The notes under the pieces are model-generated. The model saw only the letters and a list, made by a program, of their open reading frames with translations. It ran no database searches and was not told where the DNA came from. This document shows, one piece after another, positions 49,322-58,839 of a stretch of 64,000 bases of DNA. Both the position numbers and the translations under genes were made by a program. Where the stretch lies: NCBI GenBank assembly GCA_016704275.1, contig JADJAK010000005.1:107473-171472 (forward strand), read 5' to 3'. The stretch comes from Gemmatimonadota bacterium (GTDB lineage: Bacteria; Gemmatimonadota; Gemmatimonadetes; Gemmatimonadales; GWC2-71-9). The stretch's first letter is position 1, and each line of letters starts with the position of its first letter.

Positions 49322-51873
49322 CTAGCGGACGATCGTCATCCGACCGATCCGGCTCCGCCCGCCGGCCTCGACGTGATAGAAGTACACCCCCGAGGCGACG
49401 AGCGTGTTGCCGCGATCACGAAGGTCCCACATCACGCTGCCACCGGCGAAGCCCGCCGGGGGATCAAGCACGCGGATCAGCCTGCTGGAGGTCGAGTAGA
49501 TCCGAAGGCGCGCCCCGACGGGGAGGTTCACGAAGGTGACTTCGCTGTTGGCGCCCGCCGAGGCGCTGGAGGCTACGTAGTACGGGTCCGGCACCGGATG
49601 CACCTGGGCGAGCGGATCGGAGCCGCTCGGGCCGGTCGTGCCAGTCACCGTCACTGACGTGAGGACCTTCGGCGATTCCATGGAACTCGGTCCCGAGCGA
49701 ATCGAATTGATGTCGAAGGCGGTGACCGTGTAGAAGTACCGGACGCCGCTGCGAACATCCTGGTCGACATAGGTGAAGGGAACGCCGCTGTCGCGAAGCG
49801 CCGGGAAGCCGCGCGTCGTGAGCGCGGTGTCCACCTGACCCTGCAGCATCAGCACGTTTCCCGACGCCAGGAGCGTGCGGCCGCCGTAGTCCACCTGCAC
49901 CAGCGTGCCATTCAACGGGTACGCGACCGATCCTGTGGCAGTGACACCGGGCGTGATCGGCGAGAAAACCGCCCGGCACTGTGGCGGTGTTCCGCGCCCG
50001 AGCTCAGGTGCACAGTCCGGCGTCTGCGGCAGGAGTCCACCTCGACCACGTTGCCGCCGAAGTCGGTGAACGACGTCCCCGCGTAGTCCCACTGGGCCAC
50101 GAGTTCCAGCGTGGCCGGGTCATCGGTCCGGCCACGGTACAGTCGGTACCCTTCGACATCGAGGCGGCGGAAGTTCGGATCGTACATCGCGTTCGGGTCG
50201 TTGGCACCGGCGCGGTTGGCGGTCGAGGCGGCGGCGAAGTACGGGTCGCCACTCTGCTCGGTGCCCGATGGCTGCCACGAAACCGTGACCGTGCCATTCG
50301 CCGTCGTCACGGTGAACGTTGGCGCGGCCGGCGCCGAGGGCAGCAGGAACTTGTTGCCGAAGATCTGCTGTGCGAGTCGCGTCTTCGCCAGCAATGAGCG
50401 AGGCACGAGGTTGAACTCCCGCGCCTGCGGGATACGGTCGCCGTTGTCGGTGAAGCCGAGGAAGCCGGCGATCGAATCGATCTGGTTGACGCCACCGTAC
50501 TTCGCGATCGAGTCGACCGAGGCGATCCACAGCGGCTGCCCAGGCCGGACGTTCGTGGCGGTCGTTGCGGTGAAGCCGGGGATGGCGACCGGGGCCGCAT
50601 GCACCAGCGCCACCACGATCGTCGCACTCGCACCGGGGAGCAGCGTGTGGCCGGCGGCGGACTGGTAGTCGCGAACATCCACGCCCGATTGATGAACAAA
50701 GCAGACATGGGAGAGGCTGAGGGGGCCAGGGATGCTACACGAAGGGTCTCCCAGTGCGACATCGAAGTGCCCTGCAAACTGCCGCCAGAGTCGGCTCACG
50801 CTGCTCGGGTCCGTCGGGCAGACGGAGCTCCCGCAGGTGTTCGAGTACTGCCAGATCGCCGCAGGGCCGGTCGCGGTGCCGAGGAAGGCGATGCCGAGGA
50901 GCCCGGTGCCGGGGAAGAAGGGCGAGCCGAAGAGCTCCGGATCGTACCGCCAGGTGGCCAGCTGGGGAAACTTCGCGTTCCAGGAGAAGCCGAGGGCGAA
51001 CGGCAGGTTGACCGAGGCAAAGTTGCCACCCGCGGTGCCGATGTCGGGGTCGCTCCGCCAGCCCGCGTAGAGCTCGTCGATGGCGTACCCCGCCTCGGGC
51101 AGCGTGATGCCGAAGCGAGCGTTGTTGAGCGCGTGGAAGTCCTGCGCCTTCTGCATCAGGAAGGTGCGCATGGCAGGGCGGTGCTGGGCGTAGTCTGCGG
51201 CGCGGAGCGAGGAGACGTTGTAGTAGGTCGCCACCAGATAGATGATGTCCGCGTTGCCGCTCGGATAGTTCCACCCGAGGACGCGCTGCTCGACGACCAG
51301 CCCGAGGGGATGGGGCCGCCCGCTGAGCAACACCGGATCGCCGTCCCAGGTGATCCAGTAGGCATCGGCATCCGAGGCATTCTTGCGCCCCTGGAGCGTC
51401 GGGTCGTAGAACGCGGCGACCGGATCGCCGCTCGGCACCAACGCCAGGTCAGGCCAGCTTGCCACGTCGGCGGGATTGGAGCCGGAATAGATCGGTGTGA
51501 GCGCCGTGCCGTGCTTCCGCGTACCCGAGGCATCAAAGAACATCGCGCCGCTGGTGTCACCGCCCCAGGGATTCGCGGGCTTGGTGCCGCGGATCAGCCC
51601 CGCGAACTGTAGTCCGCCCGCGAAGAGATAGGTGTTGGACGTGCCCCTCGGCCATACTCCCGCTGCCTGCGTCCCTTGGAGAAACTCCCCGGTGTTCCGG
51701 AGCTGCATGCCGACGCGATTGGCGCCGAAGAAGAGCTGCGGGTCCGGAAAGAGCCGGAATGTGGAACGCGCGGCGGGCGGCGCAGAAGCGGCCCAGGAGG
51801 ACGCGGCGCCGGGGAGGGACACCGCGAGGGCGGCGACGAGGAGGCCGGAGGTGAGCAGGCGCACGAGCGGCAC
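49322..51873 (-). pseudogene. Large secreted protein with FN3-like module and C-terminal FlgD-Ig/T9SS-type sorting domain; one frameshift near 50025-50040
   Basis: The GTG at 51873 is followed by a signal peptide (LLTSGLLVAALAVSLPGAASS). The 5' ORF (to 49912) and 3' ORF (50092-49322) overlap in different frames. The C-terminus is VTFVNLPVGARLRIYSTSSRLIRVLD...GNTLVASGVYFYHVEAGGRSRIGRMTIVR. Confidence 0.6.
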
Positions 51874-52015
51874 CTCTTGAGCTGCAGGGATTGGGCGTGG
51901 CCGGGGCGGGCATGCTATGCCCCAAGAATGGGTTCTCACGACCGACCCCGCAACCTTGCCCATCGGGGCACCCCCTCCCACCTTTCCCCGGTTCCCCCAA
52001 CAATCGAGCCCCCGG

Positions 52016-55000
52016 ATGGATGCGCTCCGCGCCAAGCTGGAGAACGCGCTGGCAGGTCAGTACACCTTCGAGCGTGAACTCGGCGGCGGCGGGATGTCAC
52101 GCACCTACCTGGTGCGCGAGGACGCCCTCAATCGCCGTGTCGTGGTCAAGGTGCTCGCGCCGGAACTCCTCGCCGGAATTTCGGTCGAGCGTTTTCGCCG
52201 CGAAGTCCTCCTCGCCGCCCAGCTGCAACATCCGCACGTCGTCCCGGTCCTCACCGCCGGCGACACCGATGGCGTCCCCTGGTTCACGATGCCGTACGTC
52301 GATGGCGACTCGCTGCGGCACCGGCTCGCGAAGGGACCCGTGCCCCTCGCCGAGGCGGTGTCGATTCTGCGCGACGTGGCGCGCGCGCTGGCGTACGCGC
52401 ATGGCAACGGCATTGTCCATCGGGACATCAAGCCCGACAACGTCCTCCTCTCCAGCGGCAGCGCGACCGTTACCGACTTCGGCATCGCGAAGGCGATCAA
52501 CGCCGCCCGCACGACGCAGGGCGATGCCAACGCCACGCTGACCCAGGCGGGGATGTCGATTGGCACGCCCGCCTACATGGCGCCGGAGCAGGCGCTCGGC
52601 GATCCCGACACCGACCATCGCGCCGATCTCTACGCGTTCGGCGTGATGGCCTATGAGTTGATCGCCGGTCAGCCGCCGTTCCAGGCCAATTCGCCCTCGA
52701 AGCTGCTCGCGGCGCACATGAGCGAGGCGCCCCGCGACCTGTTGAGTGTCCGCCCCGATTGTCCTCCGGCGCTCGCCGCCGTGGTCATGGCCTGCCTCGC
52801 CAAGGAGCCGGAAGGTCGGCCGCAGGAGGCTCGTGCTGTGGCGCGGGTCCTCGACACCGTCACGACCAGTGGCACCGGCGCTTCAACGCCCGCCATCCTG
52901 CAGGGTGGCCGTATCCGACTCGGTCGTGCCACCGCGCTCTGGGCAGCGGCGACGGCAATCGTCGCGTTGACCGCCTGGGCCGCCACGCTGGCGATTGGCC
53001 TGCCAGAATGGGTGCTCCCCGGCTCGGTCGCGATCATGCTGGCCGGCCTCCCGGTCATCGCCTTCACCGCGTTCGCGCAGCGCACCACCTACCGGGCCTT
53101 CACCGCGACTCCCGGCACCGTGGTGCCGCAGGGCACCATGGCGACGCTGGCCATCAAGGCCTCACCCCACCTGACCTGGCGGCGGGCGTGGCTCGGTGGC
53201 GGGATCGCGGTCGGTGGCTTCGCCGCGCTCGTGATCGCCTTCATGGTGATGCGGGCACTCGGCATCGGGCCGATGGCCTCGCTGCAAGGGCAGGGCGCCT
53301 TCGGCGAGCGCGAGACGCTCATGGTGGCCGACTTCACCTCGCCGCCGAGCGACTCGACGCTGGGCGCGACGGTGGCCGAGGCGTTGCGGACCGACTTGGC
53401 GCAGTCGACGTCGCTGCGCGTGCTGACCCGTTCAGTGATTCGTGAAGCGCTCACGATGATGCAGAAGCCGATCGAAAGCGCGCTCCGCTTCGATCTGGCG
53501 CGCGAGATCGCCACCCGGGAAGGCGCCAAAGCCGTGCTCGATGGCAGCATTGAGCAACTTGGCTCCAGTTACATCGTCTCCGCCCGACTGGTGACGGCGC
53601 TCGATGGCAAGGACCTCGCGCTCTTCCGCGAAGAGGCGTCCAGTCAGGACGCCCTCCTCGCGGCGATCGGCAAGCTCTCCAAGCAGGTCCGCACCAAGGC
53701 CGGTGAGTCGATGAAGACCATCCGGGCCAGCAACGAATTGGAGCGCGTGACCACGCCGTCGCTCGCCGCGCTGCGCAAGTATGTCGAGGGGTCGCGCATC
53801 GCCGACGAGGAGAACGACAGTGAGCGCGGCCTCGCGCTGCTCGAGGAAGCGGTGCAGCTGGACACGTCGTTCGCGATGGCGTGGCGCAAGATTTCGGTCC
53901 TGCTCAACAACGAGGATCAGGATCGGCCCCGGATGATCGCCGCGATCAGCACCGCCTACCGGCACCGGGAACGGCTGACCGAGATGGAACGGCAGCTGAC
54001 CGAGGGGTTCTACTACACCCGGGGGCCGACGCCCGATCGTCAGAAGGCGATCGCCGCGTACCGGGCCGCGGCAGTCATCGATTCCACCAGTACGTCCGCG
54101 ATCAACAATGCCGCCGTCGTGCTCGGGGAGATGGGCGACCACGAGGCCGCGGAGTCGCTGTATCGCCGCGTGGTCAAGCTCAAGCACACCTTCGGGGGTG
54201 CCTACACCAACCTGCTGACCGAACAGATCGCCAACGGGCGCATCGCATCGCTGGATTCCACGGTGCAGCAGTATCGCGAGCGATTCCCCGGCAACGCCGG
54301 GCTCTGGGAAGCCGAGTGGTACACGGCGTGGGCCAAGGGGAACATCGTCCGCGCCGAATCGATCAGTCGTGCGGTGGCGGCCGCGCCCAAGTCGCTGCGC
54401 CAGACGGTCCGCGCGACCAGCGGCGTCGCCGGCCTCAGCGAGTACGGCGGTCGGCTCGGCCAGGCACGGGAGTGGCAGGCCAAGAGTTCCGAGGCGCTGT
54501 ATCGGGCCCAGCCCACGCCCGCCAACCTGCTCGGCATTGCTATGGACAGCGTGTACTTCGAGCTCATGTATGTCAGCAAGGCCGCAGGCACCGCGACGGT
54601 GCAGCGTGCGCTGGCCCGCGTGCCGCCTGCGTCACTCGCCCCGAGCGAGCGGCCCTGGTACAACCTGCGCAACTTCGGCGTGATCGCGAAGGAACCGAAG
54701 TGGGCGCGTGAGGCGCTCGCCGGGGCGGATCGCGACCTCATTCCGCTGGCCGCAGACTCGCAGGGCGTCCGGGCGAGCTTTACCGGAGCGGTGGCCTTTG
54801 CGGAGGGTCGCTACGAGGACGCGATCCGCGACTTCACTTTCTCGGAGCAGCGCTTCTCGACCCGCCCGCGGATGGCGGCCCTGGTGCGCGGCTTGGCCTA
54901 TCGCGAGCTGGGTCGCGCCGACTCGGCAATCGCCGCCTTCGAGCAATTCCTCGCAGCGCGGGATGCGACGGGTGAACTGGACATGCAGTGGCGTGCGCCG

Positions 55001-55168
55001 GTGCTGCAGTACCTCGGGGAGTTGTACGAGGCCAAGGGCAATCGGGCCAAGGCGCTCGAGCGCTATGGCCAGTTTACCGAGCAGTGGGCCAAGGCAGACC
55101 CGGCCCTGCAGGTGCGCGTCCGCGAGGTCCGTCAGCGGATGGCGAAGCTGCAGGGCGAATCGGGGTGA
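52016..55168 (+). CDS. Ser/Thr protein kinase with TM segments and a long C-terminal TPR-type region
   Basis: The ATG at 52016 gives MDALRAKLENALAGQYTFERELGGGGMS. It has VVVK, HRDIKPDNVLL, DFGIA, GTPAYMAPE and two TMs around residues 330-390, followed by about 650 aa of helical repeats. Confidence 0.9.
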   Translation: MDALRAKLENALAGQYTFERELGGGGMSRTYLVREDALNRRVVVKVLAPELLAGISVERFRREVLLAAQLQHPHVVPVLTAGDTDGVPWFTMPYVDGDSLRHRLAKGPVPLAEAVSILRDVARALAYAHGNGIVHRDIKPDNVLLSSGSATVTDFGIAKAINAARTTQGDANATLTQAGMSIGTPAYMAPEQALGDPDTDHRADLYAFGVMAYELIAGQPPFQANSPSKLLAAHMSEAPRDLLSVRPDCPPALAAVVMACLAKEPEGRPQEARAVARVLDTVTTSGTGASTPAILQGGRIRLGRATALWAAATAIVALTAWAATLAIGLPEWVLPGSVAIMLAGLPVIAFTAFAQRTTYRAFTATPGTVVPQGTMATLAIKASPHLTWRRAWLGGGIAVGGFAALVIAFMVMRALGIGPMASLQGQGAFGERETLMVADFTSPPSDSTLGATVAEALRTDLAQSTSLRVLTRSVIREALTMMQKPIESALRFDLAREIATREGAKAVLDGSIEQLGSSYIVSARLVTALDGKDLALFREEASSQDALLAAIGKLSKQVRTKAGESMKTIRASNELERVTTPSLAALRKYVEGSRIADEENDSERGLALLEEAVQLDTSFAMAWRKISVLLNNEDQDRPRMIAAISTAYRHRERLTEMERQLTEGFYYTRGPTPDRQKAIAAYRAAAVIDSTSTSAINNAAVVLGEMGDHEAAESLYRRVVKLKHTFGGAYTNLLTEQIANGRIASLDSTVQQYRERFPGNAGLWEAEWYTAWAKGNIVRAESISRAVAAAPKSLRQTVRATSGVAGLSEYGGRLGQAREWQAKSSEALYRAQPTPANLLGIAMDSVYFELMYVSKAAGTATVQRALARVPPASLAPSERPWYNLRNFGVIAKEPKWAREALAGADRDLIPLAADSQGVRASFTGAVAFAEGRYEDAIRDFTFSEQRFSTRPRMAALVRGLAYRELGRADSAIAAFEQFLAARDATGELDMQWRAPVLQYLGELYEAKGNRAKALERYGQFTEQWAKADPALQVRVREVRQRMAKLQGESG

Positions 55169-55183
55169 ATCCGGTGCCGGAGC

Positions 55184-55831
55184 CTACGGCGTCTTCTTCA
55201 CCGCCGGCACCGGCGCCATCGGCGTGATCATGTCGAAGGTGGTGACGTGCATGTTCAGCGCCGGCCCCATGCGGAAGGCGATCGCGGGACGGTTCGGGAG
55301 CGACGTGCGCGGCATCGAGCCGATCGATTTGCCGTTGGCCAGGAAGACCACCTCGTCGGTACCGATCGCGATCCGGAGCAGGTTGGTCGCATAGCCGTTC
55401 GAGTCCGGCTTGACCACCGCCTCGGCGGGCGCCCACGAGGCCGGCTGTTCCATCCCGCGCTGCACGCGAGCCACGGCCACCGACCCGTTCCGGCGCACCA
55501 ACACGCCCACCCACGAATCGGGCGCGTCAAGATCGATCACGCCGAGGCCATAGGCGCCGCCTCCCGTGCCCGGGAAGAGGATCACCTTCGCCTCTGCGCC
55601 GCGGCGACCGACGATTCGCTGGTCGGTTGGAAAGAGATTCGCCCCCGAGGTGGTGGTGGTGAGGTGGAACCCCGGCGCCATCGAGGTGAAGGCCCACCCC
55701 GCCGAGTCTGGCGAGACACCGCGGACGTCGTGATGCCAGCTCCAGCCCGGCGGCGGGGTCACCTGGGCGGTCAGGGCCAGGGGCGCCAATGTCAGGAACA
55801 GGACAGCGGAACAGGCCGCGCGACGGGTCAT
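55184..55831 (-). CDS. Secreted hypothetical protein (beta-rich, possibly LamG/jelly-roll-like)
   Basis: The ATG at 55831 is followed by a signal peptide (AVLFLTLAPLALTAQ). I do not recognise a firm family. Confidence 0.5.
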   Translation of the reverse strand: MTRRAACSAVLFLTLAPLALTAQVTPPPGWSWHHDVRGVSPDSAGWAFTSMAPGFHLTTTTSGANLFPTDQRIVGRRGAEAKVILFPGTGGGAYGLGVIDLDAPDSWVGVLVRRNGSVAVARVQRGMEQPASWAPAEAVVKPDSNGYATNLLRIAIGTDEVVFLANGKSIGSMPRTSLPNRPAIAFRMGPALNMHVTTFDMITPMAPVPAVKKTP

Positions 55832-55996
55832 GATGGGCTCCAGTGGGGCGAATTGGGGGGGTGGTTCCAAACATACGACGGATTCTCCGGTTGGTTGCAC
55901 TCCGGGGCTGCAACCAAGGGATCCTTTCCGGCGTATCTCGGGGTAAGTATTTGTTCCGCTGCCTTTCGTCCTGCCCCCCAGTCACCCGGTTCCTCG

Positions 55997-56539
55997 ATGC
56001 GCTCACTCCCGCTCGTCGCCCTGCTCATGCTCACCGCCGCCGCCACCTCGGCTCAGACCCCTGCGCCCAAGGTCGACGCCAAGCCCGCGAGTGCCGATTC
56101 GGCCAAGTCAAAGGCCCGCACCAAGCCGCTCTTCAAGCTCGACAAGGTCGAGTGGATGTCGGGCTGCTGGGCCGCCGAGACCGGCAACGACACGCGTGTC
56201 GAGGAAGACTGGAGTGCGGCCTCGGAGAACCTGATGCTGGCCACCACCCGCTACCTCACGAAGGGTCGGGCGACGGGCTACGAGTTCACGCGGATCGAAG
56301 CCACGGATTCGGGAATCGTCTTCGCCGCCGCGGCCGATGGCAAGCCGGAGCATGTCTACAAGCTGGTGCGCCAGGCGAGCGAGTATCTGCTCTTCGAGCG
56401 TGCCAGCAAGGAATTCCCGCAGCGCATCATCTATCGCCGTTCCTCTGACGGCGCCTTGATCCCGCGCAACGAAGGGGAAGGTCAGCCGAGCATTGAACTC
56501 CGCTTGATGCGGGTTCGCTGCGCCGGCGACAAGAAGTAG
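55997..56539 (+). CDS. Secreted hypothetical protein (DUF6265-like)
   Basis: The ATG at 55997 is followed by a signal peptide (LVALLMLTAAATSAQ). The motif WMSGCW...EDWSAASENLMLATTRY...EFPQRIIYRR matches my recollection of DUF6265. Confidence 0.45.
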   Translation: MRSLPLVALLMLTAAATSAQTPAPKVDAKPASADSAKSKARTKPLFKLDKVEWMSGCWAAETGNDTRVEEDWSAASENLMLATTRYLTKGRATGYEFTRIEATDSGIVFAAAADGKPEHVYKLVRQASEYLLFERASKEFPQRIIYRRSSDGALIPRNEGEGQPSIELRLMRVRCAGDKK

Positions 56540-56624
56540 AGCGGAGCTCCCCCTGGGCGCCGTCATCGAGTCGATCAGCACCTTCCTCTTCAAGTATCCC
56601 CCACGCCTCTTCGCGCGGGGGGAA

Positions 56625-58839
56625 TTGGTCGTGGCGCCGGTCGTCGCGCCGTGGGCACTGGCCGTGCTGGCCCTGCTGGCGGTCCTGCTGGCGGTATTCG
56701 CCGCGCGACGATTGCGCGGTCCATCGCGGGCGGAGCGGATCACGCTGGGCACGCTGCGCGCCCTGGCACTGCTGCTGGTGATCGCCTGCCTGCTACGACC
56801 CGCGGTCATCGTGTCGCGCGCGGTCCCGCAGCGCAATGTCCTCGCGATCCTCGTCGACGATTCCCGCAGCATGCGCATCGCCGATGCCGACTCCACTCGC
56901 CGCGTCGATGCCGCGCGCAAGGTCTTTGCCGATTCCGCCGCACTGGTCCGACGGCTCAGTGAGCGCTTCGCCCTCCGCTTCTTCCGCTTCAGCGCGACCG
57001 CCACCCCACTGACCGATCGCGCCTCTTGGACCGCCGCCGGGACGCGCACCGACCTTGCGACCTCGCTCGAGGCGGTTCGCCAGGAACTCGCCGACGTCCC
57101 GCTCGCCGGCGTCGTGGTCGTGAGCGACGGCGCCGACAACACCGCCTCAGACCTCGAGCCGCCGTTGCTTGGCTACCGGGTCCGGCGCGTGCCGCTCTAC
57201 ACCGTCGGCGTGGGCACCGAGCGCTTCGCCCGGGACATTGCGGTCGATCGCGTCTCGCTGCCGCGCTCGGTACTCGAGGGTGGTGCCGCCGTGGCCGACG
57301 TGACCCTCGGTGTGCGCGGCTACGACGGCGTCGACGTGAAGCTGACCGTGGAGGCCGATGGGCGCGTGGTGCACCAGGAGACGACGACGCTGCGCGACAA
57401 GCGCGAAGCCGTCTCGGTGCCACTCCGCATCCCGCCGCTGCCAAAGGGGACGCACCTGATCCGCGTGATCGCGACACCGCTCGACGGCGAGGCGATTCTC
57501 GAGAACAATGAGGCCCAGGGTGTCTTGCGCGTGCGCCCCGGGCGCGAGAAGGTGCTCTATCTCGACGGTGAGCCACGGCCGGAGTTCGCCTTCATCCGTC
57601 GCGCCGTCGCCGAGGACAGCGCGCTCCAGCTCGTCGCGCTCCTGCGGAGCGCGGAGGGGAAGTACCTCCGGCTCGGGGTCGATGACTCGCTCGATCTCTC
57701 CAGCGGCTTCCCGGTCCGCCGTGCCGAGCTCTTCCGCTACCGCGCCATCGTGTTGGGCAACATCGAGGCGGCGTTCTTCAGCGGCGACCAGTTGCGGATG
57801 CTGGCCGACTTCGTCTCGCAGCGTGGCGGCGGGCTGCTGATGCTCGGCGGGCGCGGCACCCTCGGCGAGGGCGGTTACGCGGGGACGCCGGTCGATGAAG
57901 TCTTGCCATTCGCACTTCGGGCCAGTGGCAACGATCCGAGTTTCGCCGAGCTCGCCGTCCGACCCACGGCGGCCGGGGATCGGTCAGCCGATGCTGCAAC
58001 TCGCCGCGACACGGACCGCCAACCAGGCGCGGTGGGCAGCGTTGCCGCCGGCGACGACGGTGAATCGGCTCGGCCCGCTCCGCCCCGGTGCCACTCTCTG
58101 GCTGGAGGGCACGCCGGCCGGTGGTGGTCCCGCTCGACCCGTCTTCGCCACGCAGCGCTATGGCCGCGGCATCAGTGCCGTGCTGGCCCTGCAGGACTCC
58201 TGGCTCTGGCGGATGGATCCGAAGGCGCCGCTGGAAGACATGGCCCATGCCACCTTCTGGCGGCAAACCTTGCGGGGTCTGCTCGACGAAGTGCCGGATC
58301 GGGTCGAGGTTGCCACCATTCCCGAGCGCGTCGGACCCGGCGAGGTCGTGACGGTGCGTGCACGCGTGGCCGACGAGACGTTCGGGGATGTCAACGATGC
58401 CAGCGTCGTGGTGACGGTGACGCCGCCGATCGGCGAGCCTTATGACGTGACACTCGATCGCGTGCCGCGCGAGGAAGGGACGTACCTCGGCCGGTTCACG
58501 GCGACGGACGCCGGGCCGTATGCGCTCGCGACCGCCGCACGACGCTTCACCGACACGACCTTCGCGGCACCGCAGATCCTCCTCGCCGACACCTTGGGTG
58601 TCGACATGGAGCGGGCGGAGCTGCGCACGCCCTTGCTGCGGCAGATCGCCGATGAAACCGGGGGTCGCTACTACCCGCTGGCCGATGCCGAGAAGCTGGT
58701 TGACGATGTCCAACTCACCGAGAGCGGCATCACCGTGCGTGACGCGCGCGATCTCTGGGATGCGCCGATCGTCTTCTTCGCGCTCCTGGCGTTGCTGGTG
58801 GCCGAGTGGGGCCTGCGCCGCCGCTGGGGGCTGTCGTGA
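56625..58839 (+). pseudogene. Membrane-anchored VWA-like + GATase1-like (DUF1355-type) protein of MoxR/Bat-type clusters; one frameshift near 57970-57985; true start probably upstream (about 56553-56580)
   Basis: N-terminal TMs are followed by ILVDDSRSM and a GATase1-like segment (YRAIVLGNIEAAFFSGDQLRMLADFVSQRGGGLLMLGG). The ORF 56625-58445 loses similarity after ...AELAVRPTAAG, and the continuation is in ORF 57895-58839, which ends with a C-terminal TM. The conserved N-terminal peptide STFLFKYPPRLFARGEL lies upstream of the first canonical start. Confidence 0.6.

Noticed and set aside
40267-52000. tRNA-associated genomic island or prophage
   Set aside because: No integrase, transposase, phage genes or repeat of the tRNA 3' end were visible. 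The accessory-looking genes (propeller paralogs, pseudokinase) carry the same extreme GC codon bias as the core genes.
51917-52015. N-terminal extension of the Ser/Thr kinase, and similar ORF-track extensions at 7055, 7774, 10169, 24590, 32414, 43842, 55247 and 6189
   Set aside because: The extensions overlap upstream genes or regulatory hairpins and are Arg/Pro/Gly-rich. Internal starts give family-typical N-termini or signal peptides, often with stop/start overlap to the preceding gene.
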